In this document: positions 52,101-61,449 of the stretch, piece by piece
Layout of the letters: each line of letters begins with the position of its first letter
Position numbering within the stretch: the first letter of the stretch is position 1
Assembly (NCBI GenBank): GCA_051294375.1
Contig: CM119268.1
Location: 4,302,250 to 4,366,249, forward strand
DNA length: 64,000 bases
Source of the DNA: Paraspadella gotoi
Lineage: Eukaryota > Animalia > Chaetognatha
Reading direction: 5' to 3'
The notes under the pieces: model-generated
Told to the model about the DNA's origin: nothing
The model's database searches: none
Seen by the model: only the letters and a program-made list of their open reading frames with translations
Made by a program: the position numbers and the translations under genes

Positions 52101-55100
52101 TCGGCAGTCGGACCATATCCCATTCGTTCCCCACCTTTCGGAAATTTCACGAATTCGAGAGTATTCGATGTTTGAAAAACGGGATTAAAACGCGACTTCT
52201 CGTCCCGAATTTGCTTGATGACGTTATGCGAATCCGTCAGGAAAACAACTCTCGAATCATTCTTCATGAACTTGATCCAGCACAGATAGACGAAGCTCGC
52301 GGCGCCGAGTTTCGCGGCGGTAAGTTCCAGCCGCGGAATTGACTCATGGTGAGAACATCTTACTCGAAGACAACGGCACTACCGTGACTTTCCAAAGAAA
52401 TATGCCACATGAGTCTCAGATGGAACTTCGACGCGACGATTACATGACGACGCCTAGCCCCAACTTCGAGGCATCGCAGAAGATGTGATTTCCGGCACCG
52501 CATGCGTAGTTTCCTTCGTCGAATCCAGCGAGGAATCTCGATGGAAGTAAGTTTCATCAACCCTCTTGCCACGCGACTTGTTGATCTCGCATGAAGCTCC
52601 TTTGATATCGGTCATCCCACGAGTTTTTTTCTTTCGTTGCCCCGCTGAAAAATCTCCTTCCACGCAGGATGAAGGGTGCCACGAACCCCATCGGATCAAA
52701 AGAAAGTGAGCTAGAGTGAGAGCATTTGCCGACGCGTTTGGACTTCAGTTTCCACCTTCTTCTTGTTCGCGTTGAACGAGAAATATCTCGGTGAGAACAA
52801 AGGCAAACGCCTAAGACCTTCTCCCATTATCATCGCTCTCATCACTGAAGGTTTTGATGTCCTTCCCATTCCTTTCAACGCCAGGCGTATCAATCCTCCA
52901 CGCCTCCTTATGCGATGACCGCCAGCATACAAGGTCAAAGCCTCCACGCTTCATCGCTTCCGGATGCCCGATCCGGAACTTCGGGCCGCCTCAACGGTCG
53001 CGCGCCGAAAGCAATAAATTGTCCACGTAAAAGTCGTTGATGATGGCGTCAGCAACTTCCGGTGGAACCGGTTCCATAAAGGGTACGGCCGTGATGCTGA
53101 GCACGTAGCTGCAACGTCGGCGACGATTCGCGCCGAAAACGATGAACGATCATCTCCCCATAGAACGAGACTCTCCATAGTATCGTCCCGAACCACCAAA
53201 AATCGAAAGACGTGGCGATCCTTTTGTCGACGAACACGATGGAAAAATCCGCGCACATCAGAGTCAGAGAGATCTCGTGACGGGCGAAGCGGAAAAGGAC
53301 TCAGAAGATTATTCATCAAGTCGGCCGGTGAGAAGTTGATCATTGAGGCTTGATCCGTCGCATGAAGCCTTGGCGTCATTGGCCAGACGCGGAACTTGCT
53401 GGCTTGTCTTCTCTGGTCGCTATATGGGTGGGCAAACACCATATGGGTTTCTTCCGTCCGGACTGAGGGATCATCAATACGAATTGCATGTCCTTCTCGA
53501 ATAATTCCTGGAACGTTTGAAGACTCCTTCTTTGCGGAGCGGCTCACGCCGCATCCTTGCCGTGCTTTCAAAGAGCCGTTCCTGGCCATCTCCGACGAAT
53601 TGCATTGTTGAGAATCTCGCAGCCTTTTTCCGGCTTCCTTCCAAGGAGCCCGACTCTCCATGTCCGATGTCTTCAATCGAACGCAATCGTCGACCGCAAC
53701 TGCTCCATAGCGAAGTCATCTTGCACGCTTGGGTTGAGCTTCGCCGATGGCGCCGAGGCGGAAAATCCGCTTCAAGAGACGTTTGATTTCGCGGCTGAGT
53801 TGCTCTCATCGACTGCTTAATACGGTGACAGGTCACTTGGTGAAATTCCCGCGGAAGCTGACGATCCTTGGCCGCGTGGGCCTCCGATGGTCCATCCCCA
53901 TTCAGTCTTGAAACGCAATGGGGCATCCTTACTTCCACGGCGTATTTCACTAGCCGTCTCCCATGTCCAAGTATATTCGGCAGATAGAATGAATCCGATT
54001 TCCTGGTTTCAAGAGACTGAATCTCGACATCCACAAGATGAGAAAAAGACAGAAATCTCCTCCTGAGTCGGAGGTGCATTCATCTTCCGAAGACAAGATG
54101 TCGACGGCGAGGACTTCCTCAAGGTCCAGTCGAAAGCGGCCGTCAACTGAAGAAATCTTCATCTTTTTCCAACCATTGGCCTAGGAGTGTAGACTCAGAG
54201 CCGAGAGTTGTCAATTTCAAATTCACGTGACTAAGCGGAAGATTCAATCGCTTCGCGAGATTGACGTTAATGACGCACTTGTTACTCCCACTATCCAATA
54301 ACGCGAGGTGGAAATCGTGTCGACCACGAGATCATGATTGGCACCACTGGGCGTACAGTGCCCCGCCCGGCGGCTCTGGGCATAGTCACGCGGTCTTGTG
54401 CGCTCCGACGTCGATCCCGTCTTATCGGGCCGGCGTCAGACCCATTCTCCCGTGCGGCGAAACAGTTTTTGCCGGAGGGCTGAGAGCCTCCGCTCCTCTA
54501 CTTGGTACGCTACGTCGACATGAAAGAAGCGATGATGATTCCAGCTCACAAAAGCATCGCTCTTTTGTAGGGCAATTAGCGTCCCCCGGATGACCGCTTC
54601 CCAAGCAGTTGAAGCAGCGAGACTGAGGAGGCGACAAACTTGCGGCGATCGGCGGGCTTCAATCGCTGAAACTTGTCAGCAGGGGGCTGCGCAGGTAATG
54701 GCGCCCCTCGGCAATTGTGGGCATGGCACCGAGCGTCTCGACGGCGTAGACGCTGACGACGACGCCGGCCTTTGAAACGGCGCCTCCGGCATTTGCTCGA
54801 ACTGAAGCGGCGGCGACCGAAGCTTTTCTTCTTCTTCGATGCTTTTCCCCGCAGACGCGACGTTGACCTTTTGCCGTCGTCTTCGCTTTCTCCGTCGTTC
54901 GTGCGCGTGTCGTTGATGTTTCGCCGGCGGTCTAAAGTCGAGAACCTACTTGGTTAATGGCAAGAAACGACAAGAAACACTAAAGGAAAGATCATCATTC
55001 CCAATGGTGATACTGTCTGAAACAACCACTTTTTTCGCCCACTTATCTGTTAAATGTGGCATCCGCTTCGATAGCTGAGATCGCCATGACGGCCGCCGGT

Positions 55101-58100
55101 CGAGGTCCGCAAGTCGTCGTCTCCTTGGCAAGATCGATAAACCTGCCCTGGCAAGTAATCAACAACGCATGGTCGACCTGCTGAGTCCTTTCGATCGAGT
55201 TTGGGGCCCGTCAGGATCTCTTCTATCATCTCATCTGCCGTCGTCCGCTTCATCCTCCACTTCTTCTTGAGGACGAGAAGGCGTCCGGCAAGAGCCGGGC
55301 GGTAGCGTCCGATTGCGTAAGGAAACGGTCAACGGATCGCTTGGAAGACCGTCGAACAGTGGGGTAGCTCTTCAACTTCATGGGATCAGTGGCGCCCTCC
55401 AACGCACAGACGCTCACTTGAAAGTCTCGAGTTGACGCTCAAAGTCCAATCGTGACGCATTTTCTCGACTTTGTTCTTTGGGCGTTGCTGCTGAAGCATT
55501 TGGAAGGCGAGAGTCTGGGCTTGAATTCCAAGAAAGCCGTCGGCCATCGCAGCTGGGCGGTCGACAGGCCGTTTCAGACGCGCCGGGATCGAAGATGGCG
55601 CCGCCGGATGCCGGTGAAACGTGTGAGCGTGTGACGCCGCGAATGAGGCGCACGCTTCGAGGGTAAAAGCGGCGCTTCGGCGTTCATTTGCGGCAGCGGT
55701 AGTAGCGCCAGGTAGAAACGACTGGCGGGGGAGGCGGAGAAGTGACCGCTCCTCCTTCTCCCGCCGCCTCACGACGTTGTCCTTGATCACAAAGTTCCCT
55801 TAGAACGTCGCGAATTGACTCAAAGTTGCGGTGGATCAAATCGAGGATTGGCGACGGGGCGGAGCGTCATCGGCTCCGCTCCCACGCCGCCGCCTCACCC
55901 TCGTCGAGGATCCGCTTCCGATGAACCCCGCCGCTGATCTGCCATTTGCTGACGCACGCGTGCCGACTTTCGTTAGACGAGCCGGCGATGTCACGATGAT
56001 GAATCGTCTATGTCGTAAGCTGGCGGAGGAGTCGCCAGGTAATTGAAGCCGGCTAACGAGCTGATGAAGAGAGGGCTCTAAACGGGGGGTGCTGTCTGAG
56101 CCTCGACCCAGTTTGCCGTCGCCGTAGATAAAGCAGGCGTCAGGCGAACTAATCAGGTCTCTCTCGGCTTCGCCAAAAGCTCGATCTGCTGACCTTTGCA
56201 AATCTTCCTTCTTCTCTCGTTCCTTTCCGTCCTCGTTGCAATGCGCGATCGCAGCGTGACGTTACGTATGTCGTCTTCCGTCTATCACGCATCTCTCTCA
56301 GTCGAACCGAAACTCCATGAAGAGTCAAAAGATAGCCGAAAAATCTGGCGCACTTCCTTCGACGCCGACGCTGAGAAGCTTCGTCGTTCAACAGCGGCCG
56401 CTTTGGTTGATCTCGTTGGCGGCGTTAATATCCGAGCGTAAGTATGAGCTCTCGTCGTTCCGGTTACAGGCGGCAGTTCCACTTTCCGGACCTAAAGGGC
56501 CTCCAATGCTCCGGCGCTGCTGCCGTGTCGAAAGATATCGTTGGGATGATATTATTTCTTCCAGTGCCTGTTCCTCAATTTGACGCCGGTTTGACGTCTG
56601 ACCGGGAACAAGACGGACGTTGTTGCTCCACTTCATCTTCAGGAGACGGCGGAGGAGGCGAGAACGGCCGGGATGACGCCACGAAGCCGTCGTCGGGATC
56701 CGTTTGCGCCGAAGAACTGGTTCCTTTTGGCGGGAATCTCCGGTAGCTCCGGCATCGGTCGTTATCCGTGCTGCGGCGGAAACGGAGCGTCCAGTCGACG
56801 ATATGCTTCTATCTACGATGAGGGCACGCGTCGACATCGAGTTAGCCCGCGAATCGAGTAAAGCGGCGCTGCCCAAGGATGTTGTGGAGGCGATGAGGAA
56901 GTCCGACAAACTTCCATCGCCTCGTCGTTCCAACTGCCTCTAGATATCGCAGAAAACGGATGCGTCGTAAGTCGCTTTCACTACGTGTCTATCCGCGTTG
57001 GCTTCCGCGATGTTTTCTTGCGTCGGAGTGGCCTTGGCGCGGTCAAAAACGAGACCGAATTGGGCGCCTCGACCGCTTCTTGCGACGTTGAGGCCATGAA
57101 GAAAGACGTGGCATTCCGTAAGGGTACCGGCTCGCAGGGAATGAGCCATGTCCGCTTTGAAAAGAGGCTAGTCAGATATTCGGAAAAGGTAATTGGGGTA
57201 TGAAATAGTTTGTCGAAACGTCGCGAAGTAAATCGATATTTCTCTCTTTCCACTGGAACTTAGAGCGAGCCCGTTTTCGTGCCTTACAAACGTAACAGTA
57301 CGTCAACGAGAAACGCCGGAAAAAAGGGGGAAGTCCTTAGAAGGTTTACGACACTCGAGCTTCGACGACGACGCTAATGATCACTGGGCGCGCTATTCTC
57401 ACTCCTATTCGTAGCCGTCCTATTCGTCGCCGCCGGATGGAAATCGTAGCGGCGTAGAAATCACGAGAAAGTTCTTCACGACGACGTATTGCAGCCGTCG
57501 GCCGAAGTTTGAAGAAATAAACGAATCGAGACCGAACTTCAATCTCACTGCAATGTATCGAGAAGGAGCGACGGAATTATCCACGAAAGTAATACCCGTA
57601 GAAGATCGTCGGATCTCGTCGCTAGTCGGGGGTCCTCGTCGCAAGTCGTACAACAAAGGCACCGCTAGACCCTTACGTCCGTCAAAGAATAGCTAGTTCC
57701 TTCGATGATGGGAAACGTCGATCGTTCGGCACCCAGAGACCGACGCTGGTATGGCTTTCTTCTCGGTGAACGAAGAAATCGCGAGGATTAAGAAACTTCG
57801 ACGAAACGCTTGAACTAAAGGCGATCCGCAAACGAAGATTTCTAATGTAAACGAACTGAAGTCGTAGAGGTGGCTATCGTGATTCGCTAACTTTCGCTGA
57901 ACTAATTCTGCGCTATCAAAAGTAGAGGAATTCGAGGAAGATGGCGCAGAAGAGACGATGGCAACCCCCGCGGTCGCACTAGCTCAAGATGGCTGACGAC
58001 CAAGTCTCGGCAAAGATGATCGTCGACGGCAAGGCGGACGATCAAGTCGATGCGAAAATCCAAGGATCTTCTCTGAAGCTAAAGTTAGAAATCCTGGACA

Positions 58101-59716
58101 AAGGAACAAAACATTTTAATACACACTCAGTAAATATATATATACTAAATTTTAAAGAATTCTCTTCTTGTTTCTTGAAGCCAGAATTGTAAAATGTTGC
58201 CTCTATCACAAAGAAAGTCAACCAATCCAGCGATCACAAAAACTTATTATTAAAAAACGTGTTCCGAGAATATCTATATGCGAATTGTAGAAAACTTAAT
58301 TAAAAAGTAGCAAAACGCAGTGTGAGACTAACGTGAATTATGAAAGGCTACACGTCGAGTAGAAATCAGGAACAATGAGATCTATCGAAACGGCGGCAAC
58401 CAATCAGAGCCGCACGCACTGCCTCGGAAACATGTACTTAAGTATAATACTTTAATAACATTAATCGAAACTACAGATGTCGCTGTGATCGCAGAGAACG
58501 GAATATCCTTGCGTTAGTAAGGGAAAAAAAGATCAGTTGGGGAAAAGATAGGAGAAGCTGGAATTTCCTCGTAATATATGATCATTATTACGTAACAGAT
58601 TTATTAATCAAATCGAGCGACTGAAATGGAAAAAAAGGAATGGAGGGTTTATAGTTTGTAAGTTAACCTATCATCATCATCATCCATCACTCATATCATC
58701 ATCATCATCACTCATCATCTATTCATCATCATCATGCATCAATTTTCTTCAACTCATTAATTTCATCGTCATCGTCATCGTCCGTCGTCTGTCAGTTTTG
58801 CATCGATCGTCCCTCTTTCTCATTGAGATTGCACCGAGAATAAGATTAGATTTTTTTTCACCTCATTTTTGTTATCGAGAATGAAATCATGTATTTAAAC
58901 ATTTTCAACGGGCAAAATATTTGACAAGAAAGAAAATAAAACGATAACACAATATTTAGGGGGTAAAAAATAATTTATTACATTTTTTTTCTTTTGTCGA
59001 CAAAAGTAAAAAAAAACTAATTTTGCGATAGAAAATGTGAATTCCCTGTTAAATAATTTTATTTTGGGGGGAAGAAATTGAAACATCGGAAGCTATAAAC
59101 TAAATTAAAAATTAAAAGACTTATACTAAGAAAAAAAATGACAAGTTTTAATTAAGAAAAAAAAAATTGTATAAATTTGAACACTAACTGTTTTTTTTTT
59201 TTTTGTGCTTTAGACAGGAGAGTCTTTGTCTTATGTATTTCTTATTCTTCTTTCCGAACCTGATCGATTCCGTTTTATTTGTTTATTATTATTAAATATA
59301 TATTATTATTAATTCATATTTTCTCTATTTCTCTTTCTCCTTTAATTATTATTTTTAAATCTTTTGTTTCTTCATTCATTCATTGTTTCTATTTTATTTC
59401 ACTCCATTTCCTTTAACTCTATTCCATTCCAATCCATCCCATCCCATTCCATTCTCTAACATCGTTCTTTCCAAACTCCCCTCTCCTCTTTTCCCCCCTA
59501 CCACCCATTCCACCCTCCCCCCCCGCCCCCCTTTTTAAACTCACCTAAGTTGGCAGTATATGATGCCACGATGATCATGGCGAAGCCAGCCCAAACCATT
59601 CCCAGCACCCGTGAACTGAACGAGCGTGGTGTTCCCTCGCCCACTCCACTATTTAGCAAGACCCCCCACGCGAACCAGAACGCGCTCGAAAAGGTGAGCG
59701 CCTCCTCCTCAGGCTC
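17933..59716 (-). CDS. GRIN1: NMDA receptor subunit GluN1 (ionotropic glutamate receptor NR1); multi-exon gene, 3' half (M2 to stop)
   Basis: Spliced exons translate to ...[90 protein letters not shown]...[17 protein letters not shown]...[12 protein letters not shown]...[11 protein letters not shown]...[13 protein letters not shown].../[13 protein letters not shown]. This follows the GluN1/Nmdar1 motifs in order, with splice sites in compatible phases except one junction. Confidence 0.95.
18738..18826 (-). CDS. Candidate GluN1 C-terminal tail exon 4
   Basis: accctccag|[31 protein letters not shown]|GTGAGG; 89 nt, phase 2/1. Confidence 0.7.
18935..19043. repeat. 12-bp tandem repeat (TTTAGATTTGAG)n
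   Basis: About 9 units visible in the intron. Confidence 0.9.
19273..19330 (-). CDS. Candidate GluN1 C-terminal tail exon 3
   Basis: cctcccgcgtcag|[22 protein letters not shown]|GTGAAA; 58 nt, phase 1/2. Confidence 0.65.
20285..20390 (-). CDS. Candidate GluN1 C-terminal tail exon 2
   Basis: cttttcgccaccag|[36 protein letters not shown]|GTAAGG; 106 nt, phase 0/1. Confidence 0.7.
20772..21086 (-). CDS. Candidate GluN1 C-terminal tail exon 1 (105 aa, poly-Gly)
   Basis: cacacag|[27 protein letters not shown]...[23 protein letters not shown]...SSPFK|GTAAAC; 315 nt open, phase 0/0; GC-rich island in an AT-rich intron. Confidence 0.6.
21534..21635. mobile_element. Short remnant of the same Helentron/DINE-like family, opposite orientation
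   Basis: tttttagttgc...gcaactctataagtcacttttcggtcggtccgtcggtc resembles the reverse complement of 40250-40330. Confidence 0.55.
22151..22269 (-). CDS. GRIN1: GluN1 exon: end of M4 and C0-like segment (3' end in N gap)
   Basis: cttttacag|[41 protein letters not shown], resembling the GluN1 M4/C0 region. Confidence 0.92.
22641..22776 (-). CDS. GRIN1: GluN1 exon: end of S2 and start of M4, copy A
   Basis: tctctccag|[46 protein letters not shown]|GCGAG (GC donor); 136 nt. Confidence 0.93.
23093..23187 (-). CDS. GRIN1: GluN1 exon: S2 ([12 protein letters not shown]...LELHEQ), copy A
   Basis: ccataccag|[33 protein letters not shown]|GTGATT. Confidence 0.92.
23334..23418 (-). CDS. GRIN1: GluN1 exon: S2 ([11 protein letters not shown]...LVTAG), copy A
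   Basis: ctttcag|[29 protein letters not shown]|GT; the first base completes the Ser codon from the previous exon. Confidence 0.9.
23874..24617 (-). pseudogene. Second copy (B) of three GluN1 S2 exons (24536-24617, 24326-24421, 23874-24007), each with indels
   Basis: Same exons and introns as 22641-23418; differences are mostly 1-bp indels. Confidence 0.8.
25236..25529. mobile_element. Possible piggyBac-type MITE
   Basis: TTAA|cccacttaatga ... tcattatggg|TTAA: CCC...GGG ends, imperfect short TIR, TTAA flanks. Confidence 0.5.
26729..26817 (-). CDS. GRIN1: GluN1 exon: S2, carrying a Cys-flanked insertion and the FIWD motif
   Basis: cgccag|[31 protein letters not shown]|GTCGG; 89 nt, phase 0/2. 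Confidence 0.92.
27001..27117 (-). CDS. GRIN1: GluN1 exon: start of S2 lobe
   Basis: cctctcag|[39 protein letters not shown]|GTGAGA; 117 nt, phase 0/0. Confidence 0.95.
27324..27400 (-). CDS. GRIN1: GluN1 exon: end of M3 and M3-S2 linker
   Basis: Acceptor tttactcag|CT GCT; encodes (A)[25 protein letters not shown]; donor CAG|GTCTG; 77 nt; phase matches the upstream exon. Confidence 0.95.
27414..27650. repeat. (TGAA)n microsatellite directly upstream of an exon acceptor
   Basis: Direct inspection. Confidence 0.95.
28325..28470. repeat. 21-bp minisatellite (ggtccgcaacccttaccntcca-like)
   Basis: About 7 imperfect units. Confidence 0.8.
30370..30779 (-). repeat. 3' LTR of Gag-only element
   Basis: tgtagaagaag...ggttctctttca; matches 34622-35038. 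Confidence 0.92.
32210..32660. repeat. Degenerate ~33-bp GC-rich tandem repeat inside the Gag-only element
   Basis: Recurring ggctgcgttgccg..ggtcgcctcctgaa units, about 7-8 imperfect copies. Confidence 0.7.
32900..34033 (-). CDS. Frameshifted BEL/Pao-type Gag (coiled-coil-like region and three zinc knuckles)
   Basis: [30 protein letters not shown] and CKACG..HHTILH in successive frames at ~33030-33240, the typical BEL/Pao triple CCHC arrangement. Confidence 0.8.
34622..35038 (-). repeat. 5' LTR of Gag-only element
   Basis: tggtagagaag...ggttcctctttca; matches 30370-30779. Confidence 0.92.
38382..38452 (-). repeat. tRNA-derived SINE head or tRNA pseudogene
   Basis: Minus strand reads TGGCGCCGCACGTAGCG...GGACCCGGGTTCGCGCCCTG, with A-box-like and B-box-like elements at tRNA spacing; no clean cloverleaf. 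Confidence 0.4.
38903..39110. repeat. 21-bp minisatellite (atcgcatcaatgaatgacaatc) decaying to shorter units
   Basis: Direct inspection. Confidence 0.8.
39225..40330. mobile_element. Helentron/DINE-1-like non-autonomous element with ~150-190-bp central tandem repeats
   Basis: About five units of ccatttaaactcatttccact...ttccatcgaaactt...cacacactttcctacc..caaaattt; (GGAC)n microsatellites; terminal hairpin gtcgggatctgc-tgataa-gcagatccgac followed by taaaaa. Confidence 0.65.
40605..41237. mobile_element. Tc1/mariner-type MITE
   Basis: TA|cagtcctgtgcacaaaaaaataggacac ... gtgtccccttttttttgcacaggactg|TA: ~26-bp terminal inverted repeats, TA target duplication, no coding capacity. Confidence 0.85.
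42590..42772. repeat. Degenerate TTAGGG-like interstitial repeat
   Basis: ggttagggttaggg..., with many variant hexamers. Confidence 0.7.
43961..58624 (-). mobile_element. BEL/Pao LTR retrotransposon-containing block (boundaries approximate, LTR pair not resolved)
   Basis: Microsatellite-free block containing gag-PR-RT-RH-IN in BEL order; LTR-like ends TGTGACG (43961) and CGTAACA (47173, 58597), but no matching direct LTR pair was found. Confidence 0.65.
50300..57000 (-). CDS. BEL/Pao gag-pol polyprotein, multiply frameshifted
   Basis: Gag knuckle [10 protein letters not shown]...C (~54560-54620); protease LALLDSGS (~54283-54307); [12 protein letters not shown]...FRFL and DFYVDN (~53020-53270); RNase H FLTDS...[11 protein letters not shown] (~52080-52250); integrase LFSDNAT (~50870), [10 protein letters not shown] and IRPLT (~50575-50700). 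Ends approximate. Confidence 0.9.
59545..59716 (-). CDS. GRIN1: GluN1 exon: M2 pore loop and M3 (5' end lost in N gap)
   Basis: [58 protein letters not shown]; the N-site Asn is present; donor TTAG|GTGAG, phase 1. Confidence 0.97.
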
Positions 59717-59726
59717 NNNNNNNNNN

Positions 59727-59769
59727 GACAAATGGAAAAGGAATGGAGGGTTTAAGTTTAAGTTAACCT

Positions 59770-59846
<77 letters not shown>

Positions 59847-60105
59847 ATTTTCTTCATCATTAATTTTCATCGTCATCGTCATCGTCATCGTCGTCGTCGT
59901 CGTTTTCATCGTCGTCCTCTTTCTCTTAGAGATTACGAGAAAAGATTAGATTTTTTTTTTCACCCATTTTGTTATCGAGAATGAAATCATTATTTAAACA
60001 TTTTTCAAGGCAAAAATTTGAAAGAAAGAAAAAAACGTAACAAATATTTAGGGGGTAAAAAATAATTTATTACATTTTTTTTCTTTTGTCGAAAAAAGAA
60101 AAAGA
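59727..60105. repeat. Direct duplicate of ~58620-59005 between two N gaps
   Basis: Same aatggagggttt...(CAT)n...gttatcgagaatgaaatcat...gggggtaaaaaa sequence in both places. Confidence 0.85.
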
Positions 60106-60165
60106 NNNNNNNNNNNNNNNNNNNNNNNNNAGCGGAGAGAGAGAGAGAGACGAGAGAGAGAGGAG

Positions 60166-60207
<42 letters not shown>

Positions 60208-60584
60208 CATTAGGGAAAAGCAAAACCTCATTTTATCGACCTCTTCTTCCCTCTTCTCTTTTCGTATCCATATTGCGTTTTCTTGCGTCGAAGAAAAATC
60301 CCGCCAGCCTAATCAAGATTAAACCTTCCCTCTCCTCTCTCAATTTTCTTTCCGCCTATTTTTTCTCTCTCCTCTTTCCTCTCTCCTCTTTCTCCTCATC
60401 GTCCTATTTTTCCTCTCTCCCTATTTTTCCTCTTCTCCCTTTTTTTCTTCCTCTTTTCTTTCCTCTTTTTCTCTCTCTCCTATTTTTTCCTCCTCATACT
60501 CCCCCTCCTCCTCTCATTTCCTCTCTCCTCTTTCTCCGCCCCTCCCCCCTCCCTTCCTCCCCCTTTCTCCTTCCTCCCCCGCAG

Positions 60585-60735
60585 GTTCGAACTTGAAGGA
60601 CTTTCTCCCAACCAATTCAAGGCCAGAGTTGTGGGATGCTAGTCGGCATCTCTGTCCACTTTGTGGCACAATGGCTCTACTCTTGGATAGATTCTCGCCC
60701 CTTTGGACGGTTTAGGCAGCCTTACCCAGGACAAG
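60585..60735 (+). CDS. GRIN1: GluN1 pre-M1/M1 exon in inverted, error-rich copy
   Basis: ccccgcag| then, after removing several single-base indels, SNLKDFLQPFKPELWMLVGISVHFVA...LDRFSPFGRFRQPYPGQ-G|GTGG, matching GluN1 M1 (LWLLVGLSVHVVA...LDRFSPFGRF). Confidence 0.85.
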
Positions 60736-61189
60736 GTGGCTTGGAGCGAGGATTTAGGGAAGAGATCCGATGGAAAGTTATCTTTAATTATACAATGCCT
60801 GAAATGTTATCAAATCTGATTCAAAAGATAAAATTTAACTTTTGCAACATATATTTCAAATTGAGAAAACTAGTTTAAATCTGGTAACTTTAAAAAACAT
60901 AGTGTTTTATAGCATAATGACATTACGCGAGTAAAAAAAAAAATTTTTAAATATTCTACTTAATACTGCATTGATCGATTTTCTTTAGCTACATAGTTTG
61001 TTAAATCAAGAGAGATCGAATCGTAGAAGTCCGACTATGAAATAGGTTAATCAAGTTTTAATCTCTCTCTCTCTCTCCTTTCCCTCTCTCTCTCTCCTCT
61101 CTCCTTCTCTCTCTCTCCTCTCTCTTCTCTCTCCTTCTCCCACACGACAAACCTCCACTCCATCTCTTCTCCCCTACACACACACACAC

Positions 61190-61445
61190 AAGCAGGACAA
61201 ACGGAAGCGAGCCGAGCCTCGAGAAGGAGCAGCTCAACCATATATTCCGAGACGGACCTTCTGGCAATACTCGCGTGCGAGGGTCTTGCAATATAGTGGA
61301 GTAGGGCGAGAGGAACAACAACAGCTCAACCGATACAGTTACAGAGTATAAAGAAAAACACGACACGGCACATGGGTAGTTATGGGCGGCTCTCGCCGAT
61401 GGATACATATCGTCGGCTCATAATATCCAGAACGTTAGCTGTGAG
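61190..61445 (+). pseudogene. Heavily corrupted inverted copy of the M2-M3 exon
   Basis: Recognisable pieces (gagcct, gggtcttgc, tagtggagt, ggcgag, ggatacatatcgtcggc, gtgagt) are collinear with the reverse complement of 59545-59716, with many insertions. Confidence 0.75.
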
Positions 61446-61449
61446 TCTG

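Noticed and set aside
50300-57000. Many frameshifts in gag-pol as programmed frameshifting or ancient decay
   Set aside because: Host exons in neighbouring duplicated copies show the same indel noise, so consensus error cannot be separated from biology.
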